IMG/VR virus record: IMGVR_UViG_3300030085_002029
Location: 588-64,587 of that record
DNA length: 64,000 nt
Source: a virus
Taxonomy: Duplodnaviria; Caudoviricetes
Strand: one strand, 5' to 3'
In this document: positions 51,163-59,112 of the stretch, in pieces
How positions within the stretch are numbered: the stretch's first letter is position 1
Layout: each line of letters begins with the position of its first letter
The notes under the pieces: model-generated
Database searches by the model: none
Seen by the model: only the letters and a program-made list of their open reading frames with translations
What the model was told of the DNA's origin: nothing
Made by a program: the position numbers and the translations under genes

Positions 51163-51193
51163 ACAAACTAAATACGATCACTAATAGATAATA
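51163..51193 (+). promoter_or_regulatory. Phage promoter-like motif, copy 5
   Basis: ACAAACTAAATACGATCACTAATAGATAATA. Confidence 0.75.
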
Positions 51194-51198
51194 ATAAC

Positions 51199-51342
51199 AT
51201 GAAAACAATAAAATTTTACCCAAGCGATAGGTCTAAAATAAGATTAGACGGAAAACTAATTAAAGGTTACACAATAAGTAACATACCAGATGAGTGTAAC
51301 TCATGGTTCAACTACAAAGGTTTAACTTTTGTACTAAATTAA
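51199..51342 (+). CDS. Early protein, 47 aa (MKTIKFYPSD...SWFNYKGLTFVLN)
   Basis: ATG 6 nt after GATAAT of motif copy 5; not in the ORF track. Confidence 0.55.
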   Translation: MKTIKFYPSDRSKIRLDGKLIKGYTISNIPDECNSWFNYKGLTFVLN

Positions 51343-51344
51343 AC

Positions 51345-51545
51345 CACGACTTCAACCCACCGTGTCGTAGCGGTGAAGAAGAAAAACAGTGGGGTTGAGT
51401 GACGGCTCAACTTGGACAGCGAGGTCAGGTGATGGAGCAGTTGTAGAAACGCCATCAGACTGTTCTAGACATGAGAGGTTCGACTCCTCTCTCTCGCTCT
51501 AAAATATAGTAGTGGATTGGGGTTGGTTGGAAACAGCTACTATAT
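51345..51545 (+). ncRNA. Structured non-coding region containing a tRNA-like element (51418-51498)
   Basis: GC-rich gap; AGCGAGG/TCTCGCT acceptor-like stem, GAGAGG-TTCGACT-CCTCTC T-arm; no canonical D or anticodon arm; flanking hairpins. Confidence 0.5.
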
Positions 51546-51559
51546 AAAAATTAAATACT

Positions 51560-51772
51560 ATGAATAAATGTAAATGTGGAAATGAAATCCACCCAGTAAG
51601 AATTAAGTATGGTTACAACAATTGTGTAGCATGTTCTACAGTAGAAAAGTATGGTTGTGCACCAGTTATTAACCACAAAACAGGCAATAGTATACAAGTA
51701 TTGTCTCGAGCAGATGCAGAGCGCATCGCCAAACTAACACGCCGTAAAGGTTATGGAACTATGTTAAGATGA
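51560..51772 (+). CDS. Zinc-finger protein (DksA/TraR C4-like)
   Basis: CKCG..IHPVR...CVAC. Confidence 0.55.
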   Translation: MNKCKCGNEIHPVRIKYGYNNCVACSTVEKYGCAPVINHKTGNSIQVLSRADAERIAKLTRRKGYGTMLR

Positions 51773-51871
51773 AAAAAATCAAAGTAACTATGAAAGAAAT
51801 ATACGACGCTATGAGGCCATCTGTACATAGAAACAAGAAAAAGTATACACGTAAAACTAAACACAAAAACA

Positions 51872-52228
51872 ATGGAGAAGAAAAGAACTATAAATGAACT
51901 TAGGCAAACTAAAGACGCTGTCTATACTAATCCAGGTGCTAAAAAAACTTGGGATACAAATGAACACGGTGGTGGTTATAAAGATATAGCAGGCGACATT
52001 GATCTAATAGATGCAGCTAAAGAGCAGATAATCAAGCAGTTACAAGATGACTTTTATGATGTGATATTTCAAGCAGTAGCTGACAAGATGAACGAAAACT
52101 ATATGTTCAGAGAAAATAATTATTTCACTGAAGCAGGTATGGACGAGTTTGAAGACGCTTGGTTTGAATGGTATCACAATCATCATGGTGATATATTAAC
52201 TGCTGTATTAAAAAACTTAGGACACTAA
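51872..52228 (+). CDS. Acidic early hypothetical protein
   Basis: 118 aa ORF. Confidence 0.6.
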   Translation: MEKKRTINELRQTKDAVYTNPGAKKTWDTNEHGGGYKDIAGDIDLIDAAKEQIIKQLQDDFYDVIFQAVADKMNENYMFRENNYFTEAGMDEFEDAWFEWYHNHHGDILTAVLKNLGH

Positions 52229-52230
52229 TC

Positions 52231-52261
52231 ACAAACTAAATACGAACACTATAAGATAATA
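52231..52261 (+). promoter_or_regulatory. Phage promoter-like motif, copy 6
   Basis: ACAAACTAAATACGAACACTATAAGATAATA. Confidence 0.75.
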
Positions 52262-52266
52262 TTAAT

Positions 52267-52494
52267 ATGACATTATACGACAAACTTAAACCAGAAATCA
52301 AAGCTAAACTCGAAGCAAGCTATGAAGAATATAGCACAGCAGTAGGGTATATCTCTGATAAATTACAAAAAACAAGTCATTACAGTGATTTAAAAATTGA
52401 CGACATAAGAACTATATGTACATTCGGTGACGTATGGCATTATGATCTTACTCAATCTGACTTACTGTATGGCGATTGGCTAACAATAAAATAA
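52267..52494 (+). CDS. Early hypothetical protein
   Basis: 75 aa; ATG 6 nt after GATAAT. Confidence 0.6.
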   Translation: MTLYDKLKPEIKAKLEASYEEYSTAVGYISDKLQKTSHYSDLKIDDIRTICTFGDVWHYDLTQSDLLYGDWLTIK

Positions 52495-52500
52495 AATCTA

Positions 52501-52854
52501 ATGACAGAAAAACAATATGAAGACGCGTTAGTTGCACTAGGTTGCAAAGACGTTACAAGTAAAACACAAAAGAAAAACGGTACTACTGCATTTAGGATGC
52601 CTGATGGTAAAAACATGATCACTGAGCATAAAACAGGTTACATCAGAAGAACTATGCTAAGCGGTACAGGTAGAGTTGCTAGTTGTTATCAACTAAACCC
52701 GCAATACCTTACAGACTATAAGTTTTACGACACACATGGTAATGAGCAAACATTTAAAAGAAATAATAGAGCTCTTATCTGGTCAAGAAAAGCTAGACTT
52801 AAAAGATTATTTTTATACACAATTAAAGCAGTAAACAATGGCAAAGTATCATAG
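52501..52854 (+). CDS. Early hypothetical protein
   Basis: 117 aa; TGYIRR...YQLNP. Confidence 0.6.
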   Translation: MTEKQYEDALVALGCKDVTSKTQKKNGTTAFRMPDGKNMITEHKTGYIRRTMLSGTGRVASCYQLNPQYLTDYKFYDTHGNEQTFKRNNRALIWSRKARLKRLFLYTIKAVNNGKVS

Positions 52855-53275
52855 AGAAGGCGAAATACGTCAAGAAAGACTAGTTGAGCTAGTTAAAAAC
52901 CATCTTGGTTTATCTATATCTACTAGCTTAGATGATTGGTCTAATGTGGATTGTAGAGTATACAGTGAATCTACTGCAGACGGTTATGACTTATTTGTTG
53001 TAACTCAGCAAAAAGATCATCCAATTATATGTGAAGATTGTTACCAATATGATCACGATCTTGCTGATGCAGTAAGAGAAGAGATTAGATATGGTGTTGA
53101 AACTTTTTACATTGATATAGATTTATACAACGATTGCTACATGGAAGACATGCTAGTAGAGATGTTTGTAGATTATGTAGAAGATATAATTGAAGATGAA
53201 GACTTAGATATAACACTAGAAGAAATTAACTACTTAAAAGAAGAATATGGCATCACAGAAGAAGTTGAAGACTGA
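52838..53275 (+). CDS. Very acidic early protein
   Basis: 145 aa, Asp/Glu-dense C-terminal half. Confidence 0.6.
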   Translation: MAKYHREGEIRQERLVELVKNHLGLSISTSLDDWSNVDCRVYSESTADGYDLFVVTQQKDHPIICEDCYQYDHDLADAVREEIRYGVETFYIDIDLYNDCYMEDMLVEMFVDYVEDIIEDEDLDITLEEINYLKEEYGITEEVED

Positions 53276-53525
53276 ACAAAAATTACCTAAATGGTTTAAA
53301 GGTATGATATACAAAGAAGGTGAAACAGTAACAAATCCTTTCTCAGGTGAATCATACGAACTAACAGGTGTAGAACTATCATTGTATGACTTTATAATAG
53401 GTTGTCAAATGGTATTTGATTCAGCACCAAGTACTATGACAAATAAACGAATTAATGAATTTCAAAAAGCATTAAACTGGTTTAGGGTGAATAACCCTGA
53501 AGCATACTACGTGTTGTTAGATTAG
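53247..53525 (+). CDS. Early hypothetical protein
   Basis: 92 aa; VTNPFSGES, WFRVNNPEAYYVLLD. Confidence 0.6.
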   Translation: MASQKKLKTEQKLPKWFKGMIYKEGETVTNPFSGESYELTGVELSLYDFIIGCQMVFDSAPSTMTNKRINEFQKALNWFRVNNPEAYYVLLD

Positions 53526-53539
53526 TAGTAGTTTAGTTT

Positions 53540-53847
53540 CCGCGAATAAGCGCGTGAGGTGTGTCGAGACAGTAACCGAACCAGACATAGATGGTAGTGT
53601 CAGTATCTCTTCTTACTCACTTGGCAAGCTCGTACTTAAGATACCTCAGTCATGGCTGTATAGCTATATGAAGCAGGTGACGGTACGGGCTATTCGTGGT
53701 AGCACGGGTATGAGTGTGATACCGTAACTTGACCTAAAAACAAACAAGCGTGCTCACGAAATATATAAGGCGACCAGGCATCCTTTGAGTGCCCATACTT
53801 TCCCTTCGGTGTAAGCCCACAGGTGACGGTATGGGCTTTTCGTGGTA
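53540..53847 (+). ncRNA. Structured RNA with two tandem copies of one fold
   Basis: 28-nt repeat (26/28 identical) at 53674 and 53820; both differences are compensated in the pairing partners. Confidence 0.65.
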
Positions 53848-54035
53848 TGAAAAGATTTATAAAATTTACACTTATATGGATTAGTCAAAATTTATCAATT
53901 CCTTTTTGGATTGTAGGACACGTGCATTTATCTGTGAATATATATAAAGATGTATACGAACTAGCGAGTTCACTAGGTATGAACTTAATAGTTTTGATTG
54001 GTTTTATTATTGATTACAAACAAAATGCAAAATAA
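53847..54035 (+). CDS. Small membrane protein
   Basis: Likely ATG at 53847 (MKRFIKFTLIW...); hydrophobic segments. Confidence 0.5.
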   Translation: MKRFIKFTLIWISQNLSIPFWIVGHVHLSVNIYKDVYELASSLGMNLIVLIGFIIDYKQNAK

Positions 54036-54543
54036 AGTAAAAAATAATTCAACATATGGTGAGGTTACAACAATAGGCAATGTTCAAGTTTTAAGTTATT
54101 TACATCCTCATATTCCAAAAGAAAATGGCAAATTTTTAGATATTGGCTGTGGTTACGGTAAATTAGTTACATATATGGCAGAAAATACTAATATGTATTG
54201 CGCAGGAATAGATATAGATCAAGAAAAAATTAGCATTGCAAATACGATCTTGTGGACAAACCAAGCTGAAAGAATAAAATTTATTTATGGAGATATACAA
54301 GACAACTGGAAACTAGTAGCTGAAGCTGATTTTATATTTATGAACTGCGTAACTTGGGATCCACAACTTGTTTCATCTATTTTTCAAAAATCAAAAGGAA
54401 TAATTATTCACAATCACATTAAAGCGGTTAAACTTAAAAATGGAAAATGGTGGACATACCCAGGTGAACCTGCTCCAGTTATGTGTAGTTGGGAAAAAGA
54501 AGACCAAAAATATTACAAACTAGATAGTAAAATAGTAAAATGA
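54025..54543 (+). CDS. Class I SAM methyltransferase, DOT1-like, copy 1
   Basis: STYGEV, FLDIGCGYGKLV, GIDID, ADFIFMN, CSW; likely start Met at 54025. Confidence 0.75.
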   Translation: MQNKVKNNSTYGEVTTIGNVQVLSYLHPHIPKENGKFLDIGCGYGKLVTYMAENTNMYCAGIDIDQEKISIANTILWTNQAERIKFIYGDIQDNWKLVAEADFIFMNCVTWDPQLVSSIFQKSKGIIIHNHIKAVKLKNGKWWTYPGEPAPVMCSWEKEDQKYYKLDSKIVK

Positions 54544-55034
54544 ATAAAATTGTTAATATATCAACTTATGGTGAAGTAAACACTTTAGGTTATAAAGATG
54601 TTTTAAATGTTATTCCAGAAAAAATAAAAACAGGTAATTTTATAGATATAGGATGTGGATATGGTAAATTAATACAATATATAGCAGAACACACAGAAAT
54701 GAATTGTACAGGTATTGAAATAGACAATGATAAAATAAAAATTGCAAAGAAAATACTTTGGACTAATAGACAAACTAAATCACGAATAAAATTTTTAGCA
54801 GCAGACATACAAGATAACTATAAATTAGTGGAAAATGCTGATTTTATATTCATGAATTCAATATGTTGGAAACCTGAATTAGTAAAAGAAATAATTAAAA
54901 TTTCTAATTGTATAATACTTACTAACTCGGTAACTGCCACTAAACATTTAGATGTAGAAAAAATTAAAGTAAACTGTAGTTGGTCGCTTAAACCTCAAAC
55001 GTTTCACAAACTAAATACGATTACTAATAGATAA
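54540..55034 (+). CDS. Class I SAM methyltransferase, DOT1-like, copy 2 (tandem paralog)
   Basis: STYGEV, FIDIGCGYGKLI, GIEID, ADFIFMN, CSW. Confidence 0.75.
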   Translation: MNKIVNISTYGEVNTLGYKDVLNVIPEKIKTGNFIDIGCGYGKLIQYIAEHTEMNCTGIEIDNDKIKIAKKILWTNRQTKSRIKFLAADIQDNYKLVENADFIFMNSICWKPELVKEIIKISNCIILTNSVTATKHLDVEKIKVNCSWSLKPQTFHKLNTITNR

Positions 55035-55036
55035 TA
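55006..55036 (+). promoter_or_regulatory. Phage promoter-like motif, copy 7
   Basis: ACAAACTAAATACGATTACTAATAGATAATA, overlapping the 3' end of methyltransferase 2. Confidence 0.75.
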
Positions 55037-55041
55037 TAAAT

Positions 55042-55338
55042 ATGGATAAAAAAACAATGAACGAACTAGCTGATCTTATTATAGCTAAGCTAGAATTAAA
55101 ACAACAACAATGGGACGATGAATTTCACAATTCCATTGTAGATATGTACGGTAAAGAAGGACATAAAGAGGCGTTTGTAATGTCTGAAGAAGAAATGCTA
55201 ATCGGTGAATTAGCTAGATTACAAACTATTCTTATGATATATGAAAACAACGAAGAGTATGAAAAAGCTGCAATTGTACTCAGTAAATTAAACGCAGTAA
55301 AATCTAAATTAAGAAAAGGAGATTATGACGATGATTAA
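55042..55338 (+). CDS. Helical protein with a UVR-like C-terminal motif
   Basis: 98 aa; ENNEEYEKAAIV. Confidence 0.5.
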   Translation: MDKKTMNELADLIIAKLELKQQQWDDEFHNSIVDMYGKEGHKEAFVMSEEEMLIGELARLQTILMIYENNEEYEKAAIVLSKLNAVKSKLRKGDYDDD

Positions 55339-56158
55339 ACCTATGCTAGCGCATAAATATGATCCTGATAAAGCTGATTATCCTGCATACATACAACCAA
55401 AACTAGACGGTGTAAGATGTGTATTTACAAAAGATGGAGCATACAGCAGAACAGGTAAAGAATTTAAAAATGTAGATCACATTAAAAAAGCATTAAAAAA
55501 CGTGTTCTTAGAAAACCCTAGTCTAATATTAGATGGCGAACTATACAACCATGGACTAAAACATGATTTTGAAAAGATTATTTCATTAGTCAGAAAAACT
55601 AAACCAACTGAAGAACACAGACAAGAAGCAGCAGAGCTTATACAATATCACGTATATGACGTAGCTAATTTTGCTCACGCAACTTATACTAACAGATTAT
55701 CTATGCTTACAAGTATGGTTAAATACAACCATATTATATTACCTGTAGAAACTAAAATTGTATTAGACTATGACGAAGCTGTTAAACAACACAATAAATA
55801 CTTAAAACTAGGTTACGAAGGTAGTATATACAGATCTACAGATGGTAAATACAAAAATACTAGGTCATGGGACTTAATGAAGTTCAAAGACTTTGAAGAT
55901 TCAGAAGCCACAATTGTAGGCTATGAAGCAGGTAAAGGTAAGAGGCAAGGCACGATTGGTAAGTTTATTATGCTAGATGACGAAGGCGTTGAGTTCGGCT
56001 GCCCACCGGGTAAGGGATACGACTACAAGGATCTAGCAGCAATGCTCGATAACATTCATGACTATATAGGTCAGCGTGCTACCTTTACTTATTTTCAACG
56101 AACTCAAGCAGGTAGTTATAGACACCCGCTTTATAAATGTATAAGAAATTATGAATAA
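55325..56158 (+). CDS. ATP-dependent DNA ligase
   Basis: QPKLDGVR (KxDG), LDGELY, YEGSIYR, LMKFK, OB-fold tail. Confidence 0.92.
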   Translation: MTMIKPMLAHKYDPDKADYPAYIQPKLDGVRCVFTKDGAYSRTGKEFKNVDHIKKALKNVFLENPSLILDGELYNHGLKHDFEKIISLVRKTKPTEEHRQEAAELIQYHVYDVANFAHATYTNRLSMLTSMVKYNHIILPVETKIVLDYDEAVKQHNKYLKLGYEGSIYRSTDGKYKNTRSWDLMKFKDFEDSEATIVGYEAGKGKRQGTIGKFIMLDDEGVEFGCPPGKGYDYKDLAAMLDNIHDYIGQRATFTYFQRTQAGSYRHPLYKCIRNYE

Positions 56159-56389
56159 AAAAGATATATTAAATATAATAAACACTTATCAGAATTATTA
56201 CAATGATTTTGTCAATGTAAATGAAAAAGACTTAAATAATATATATGAGAAAGTTAATATGGAAATTATATAATGATAATATGATCAGTGAAGAAGTTGC
56301 ATTATTATTATTAGAAAAATACTACGAGTAAAATCAGAGATTGCGCGCGCACCTTGGTACACCTCATGCTGGAAACGGTATGAGGTTTC

Positions 56390-56869
56390 GTGGGTATGAA
56401 TATATTTTATTTACACAGAGACCCAGTTAAAGCTGCACAGTATCAATACAACAAACATGTTGTTAAGATGATCTTAGAATCAGCCCAGATGCTGTGTACG
56501 GCGCATCATGAGATCATGGGAGAAGACGCAGATGTACCTTACAAACGCGCACATGTGAATCACCCATCAACTATATGGTGTCGTAGATCAGCTGAAAATT
56601 ACACGTGGTTATATGACCATATGATGGCATTAGGTAAAGAATATACTAAAAGATATGGTAAAACACATATGTCAATTAACAAGTGCGCGCTACCATTGTA
56701 TAGACTACCAGGTGGTTTAGCTTACACAGGCTTTACACAACCACCTCAAGCTATGCCTGACAAATATAAAGATGAATGCAGCATAAAAGCTTATTGGAAC
56801 TATTATATAGGCGAAAAGCATGTTGTTGCAGGTAAAAATGAAAAGATATATGAGACGATACCGAGATGA
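56390..56869 (+). CDS. Pyrimidine-dimer DNA glycosylase (DenV-like)
   Basis: MNIFYL, HVVKMILESAQML, HVNHPSTIW, EYTKRYGKTH, PPQAMPD. Confidence 0.75.
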   Translation: MGMNIFYLHRDPVKAAQYQYNKHVVKMILESAQMLCTAHHEIMGEDADVPYKRAHVNHPSTIWCRRSAENYTWLYDHMMALGKEYTKRYGKTHMSINKCALPLYRLPGGLAYTGFTQPPQAMPDKYKDECSIKAYWNYYIGEKHVVAGKNEKIYETIPR

Positions 56870-57144
56870 ATTAATAAAGTATCTTAGGTATAAAAAGCAT
56901 TACAACTATGTAGAATCAAGAGTAGTTGAATTACGTGCTAAAATATGCCGAGATGCTACAAAATATGGTACAATAGGTACTATAACAAGAGATTTATATC
57001 TTAAATATAACAACTATCTAATTAAATTAAAAAATGGGAGCAAGTAAAAGAGATTACATGGATTACCATGGACATGCTACATTAGAAGAGATTATATACA
57101 AATATAATTTAGACGCAGAAGAACAAATGTTTTATCAAACATTA

Positions 57145-57189
57145 TGTGACACAAGGTCTAATAATAAATAGTAATAGGCTAATGTCATA
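57145..57189. promoter_or_regulatory. Inverted-repeat site, copy 3, covering the HTH gene start
   Basis: TGTGACACAAGGTCT...TAATAGGCTAATGTCATA; right arm nearly identical to copy 2. Confidence 0.6.
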
Positions 57190-57805
57190 TAGAGCTATGA
57201 AATACTTAAATGATAACCGCATCGTGTACAGGAAGTATTCAGATGATCAACCAACTCAAGAGTATGAGTGGGGTTGGTACTATGCTGATGGTACTCACGG
57301 GTATTATAGTCTATTTAATAGTGACGCTAAGATCAATACTTTAAGATCTTTAAAATGGCATTTGTTGACTTTATGGTGGTTAAATCCTGACATGGATTTA
57401 GATAAATTTAAGCAACTATCTGAGGTTATTTGTTATAAACCAAATGGTTTTGTAACATTTAACGTAACACCTGATTTATTAAATAAAGTAATACAAGATG
57501 TTTTTATGCAAGATCTTGAACAACCACCTAAAAACAAACTACGTAAAGTAGTATTTAAAGATGGAACAGGATTAGATAAAAAACAAAAACTTAGTATTGT
57601 AGGACAATTAATAGGTAGAAAAAGTATAGTTGATGAAGAAGCTATATATCAATATATGTTAAATTTAAACGATATTGGTGAAAATATTACTATTAATAAA
57701 CTAGCTAAATACTTTAAATGTTCAAGTAGAACAATACATAGAAATATGAGCGATGAGCTAAGAAAAGAAAAAGATCTTTTAAATATAGAAAATGAAAAAA
57801 TATAA
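57182..57805 (+). CDS. DNA-binding protein with a C-terminal HTH
   Basis: ITINKLAKYFKCSSRTIHRNM; likely ATG at 57182. Confidence 0.6.
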   Translation: MSYRAMKYLNDNRIVYRKYSDDQPTQEYEWGWYYADGTHGYYSLFNSDAKINTLRSLKWHLLTLWWLNPDMDLDKFKQLSEVICYKPNGFVTFNVTPDLLNKVIQDVFMQDLEQPPKNKLRKVVFKDGTGLDKKQKLSIVGQLIGRKSIVDEEAIYQYMLNLNDIGENITINKLAKYFKCSSRTIHRNMSDELRKEKDLLNIENEKI

Positions 57806-58541
57806 TGTAAAAAACTATATTAGATATAAAGAAGATGTTAAGCTAGCTATTGCAGCTATACCAATTAAAAACTTTATAGATTATACACCTAGCGAACTTA
57901 AAGTTATATTTTTACCATTAGTTGAGAATATAGGTAGAAAGTTTGCTACTAGTCAAGAAGCTTCAGGTGTTATGTCAATTATGGATATAATACAAGAAGG
58001 TAGTTTGCAACTATGTAAAGCTGTAGATAAAATAGATAGAGAAAAATTATTTGTATCTGAAGATATAGAAAAAACATTAAAGTCTTTTTTAGCAAAAAGA
58101 ATACGTGGTGGAATACGTAGAGCTATTGACACTAACAGAGGTACAATGCGTATACCTGAACATAGGCTTAATGAAATGCGTAGTACTAAAGATGAGAAAA
58201 TGGTTAGAATGTTTTTTAATTCTATATTTTTATCTTATGACGCGAAACAAGATGATGAAGATATGGTTTATCAAATACCTGATAAATCAGATCCTTATAA
58301 TGAAACTTTATTAAATGCTTATTTAATGAGTTTATTAAACAAACATCTTGAATGGAACGAAACATTTGTACTGAGCAAAAGTTATGGATTAGACGGACCT
58401 AAGTGGTCTGCTAATGAAATAGCAACAGCTTTAGAGATAAAAGGTGTGTCAGCTTATGTACGAGTTTCAGAGTTAAAAAAACAAGCTGTAGAGAAATTAA
58501 TAGCCAACGTGGATCACTCACAAGTACTTGATTATCTGTGA
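57792..58541 (+). CDS. Sigma70-family RNA polymerase sigma factor
   Basis: LPLVENIGRKF, DIIQEGSLQLCKAVDK, IRGGIRRAI, MRIP, region 4 SYGL...EIA. Confidence 0.8.
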   Translation: MKKYNVKNYIRYKEDVKLAIAAIPIKNFIDYTPSELKVIFLPLVENIGRKFATSQEASGVMSIMDIIQEGSLQLCKAVDKIDREKLFVSEDIEKTLKSFLAKRIRGGIRRAIDTNRGTMRIPEHRLNEMRSTKDEKMVRMFFNSIFLSYDAKQDDEDMVYQIPDKSDPYNETLLNAYLMSLLNKHLEWNETFVLSKSYGLDGPKWSANEIATALEIKGVSAYVRVSELKKQAVEKLIANVDHSQVLDYL

Positions 58542-58584
58542 GTTACCATTGTAAATTGTATAATAAATATGTAATTATAATAGT

Positions 58585-59112
58585 ATGACAATTAACGAAA
58601 AATTATCAAAAATCCAAGTAGAGTTTAAATCAAAGAAAAGTAGATTTAACTCATTCGGTAAGTACTACTTCAGGTCTGCCGAAGATATTCTCGAAGCAAC
58701 AAAACCCTTTTTAAAGGAGCTTAATGTAACAGTTACAGTACACGAGGAACTAGTATCTTTTGACCCGCCAGTTATGCAGGTTACTGCAAAAGTGTCTGAC
58801 GGTAAAGATAGTATAGAATCCAAAGCTGTAGTAGGCGTTGATCTTGAACAAAAGGGTATGCAAATGCCACAGAAATATGGTGCTGCAAGTTCATACGGTA
58901 AAAAGTATGCACTTGGTAATCTGTTCTTGATTGATGACACTCAAGATTCAGATGCAACTAACACACATGGTAAATCATCTGCCAAGCAAAAGATGACAAA
59001 CGAATCGTTAGCTAAAGCTAAGGAGTACATCGCAAAAGGCGGTAGTCTAAACGCTATTAAAGCTAAATACGAAGTAACACCTAAGCAAGCTGAATTATTA
59101 ACCACACTATGA
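58585..59112 (+). CDS. ERF-family single-strand annealing protein
   Basis: FNSFGKYYFRSAEDI, GAASSYGKKYALGNLFLIDDTQDSD. Confidence 0.85.
   Translation: MTINEKLSKIQVEFKSKKSRFNSFGKYYFRSAEDILEATKPFLKELNVTVTVHEELVSFDPPVMQVTAKVSDGKDSIESKAVVGVDLEQKGMQMPQKYGAASSYGKKYALGNLFLIDDTQDSDATNTHGKSSAKQKMTNESLAKAKEYIAKGGSLNAIKAKYEVTPKQAELLTTL

Noticed and set aside
51418-51498. Canonical tRNA gene
   Set aside because: T-arm and acceptor-like stem are present, but I could not build D and anticodon arms; kept only as tRNA-like.
53674-53847. DGR template/variable repeat pair or retron msr-msd
   Set aside because: No reverse transcriptase in the window; the repeat is only 28 nt, non-coding, and its differences preserve base pairing.
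54025-55034. DNA methyltransferases of a restriction-modification system
   Set aside because: No DPPY/NPPY or PC catalytic motif, too short for a target-recognition domain, and no partner nuclease.
47555-55036. CRISPR array made of the repeated 31-bp motif
   Set aside because: Copies are 160-2800 bp apart, separated by genes, internally degenerate, and no cas genes are present.
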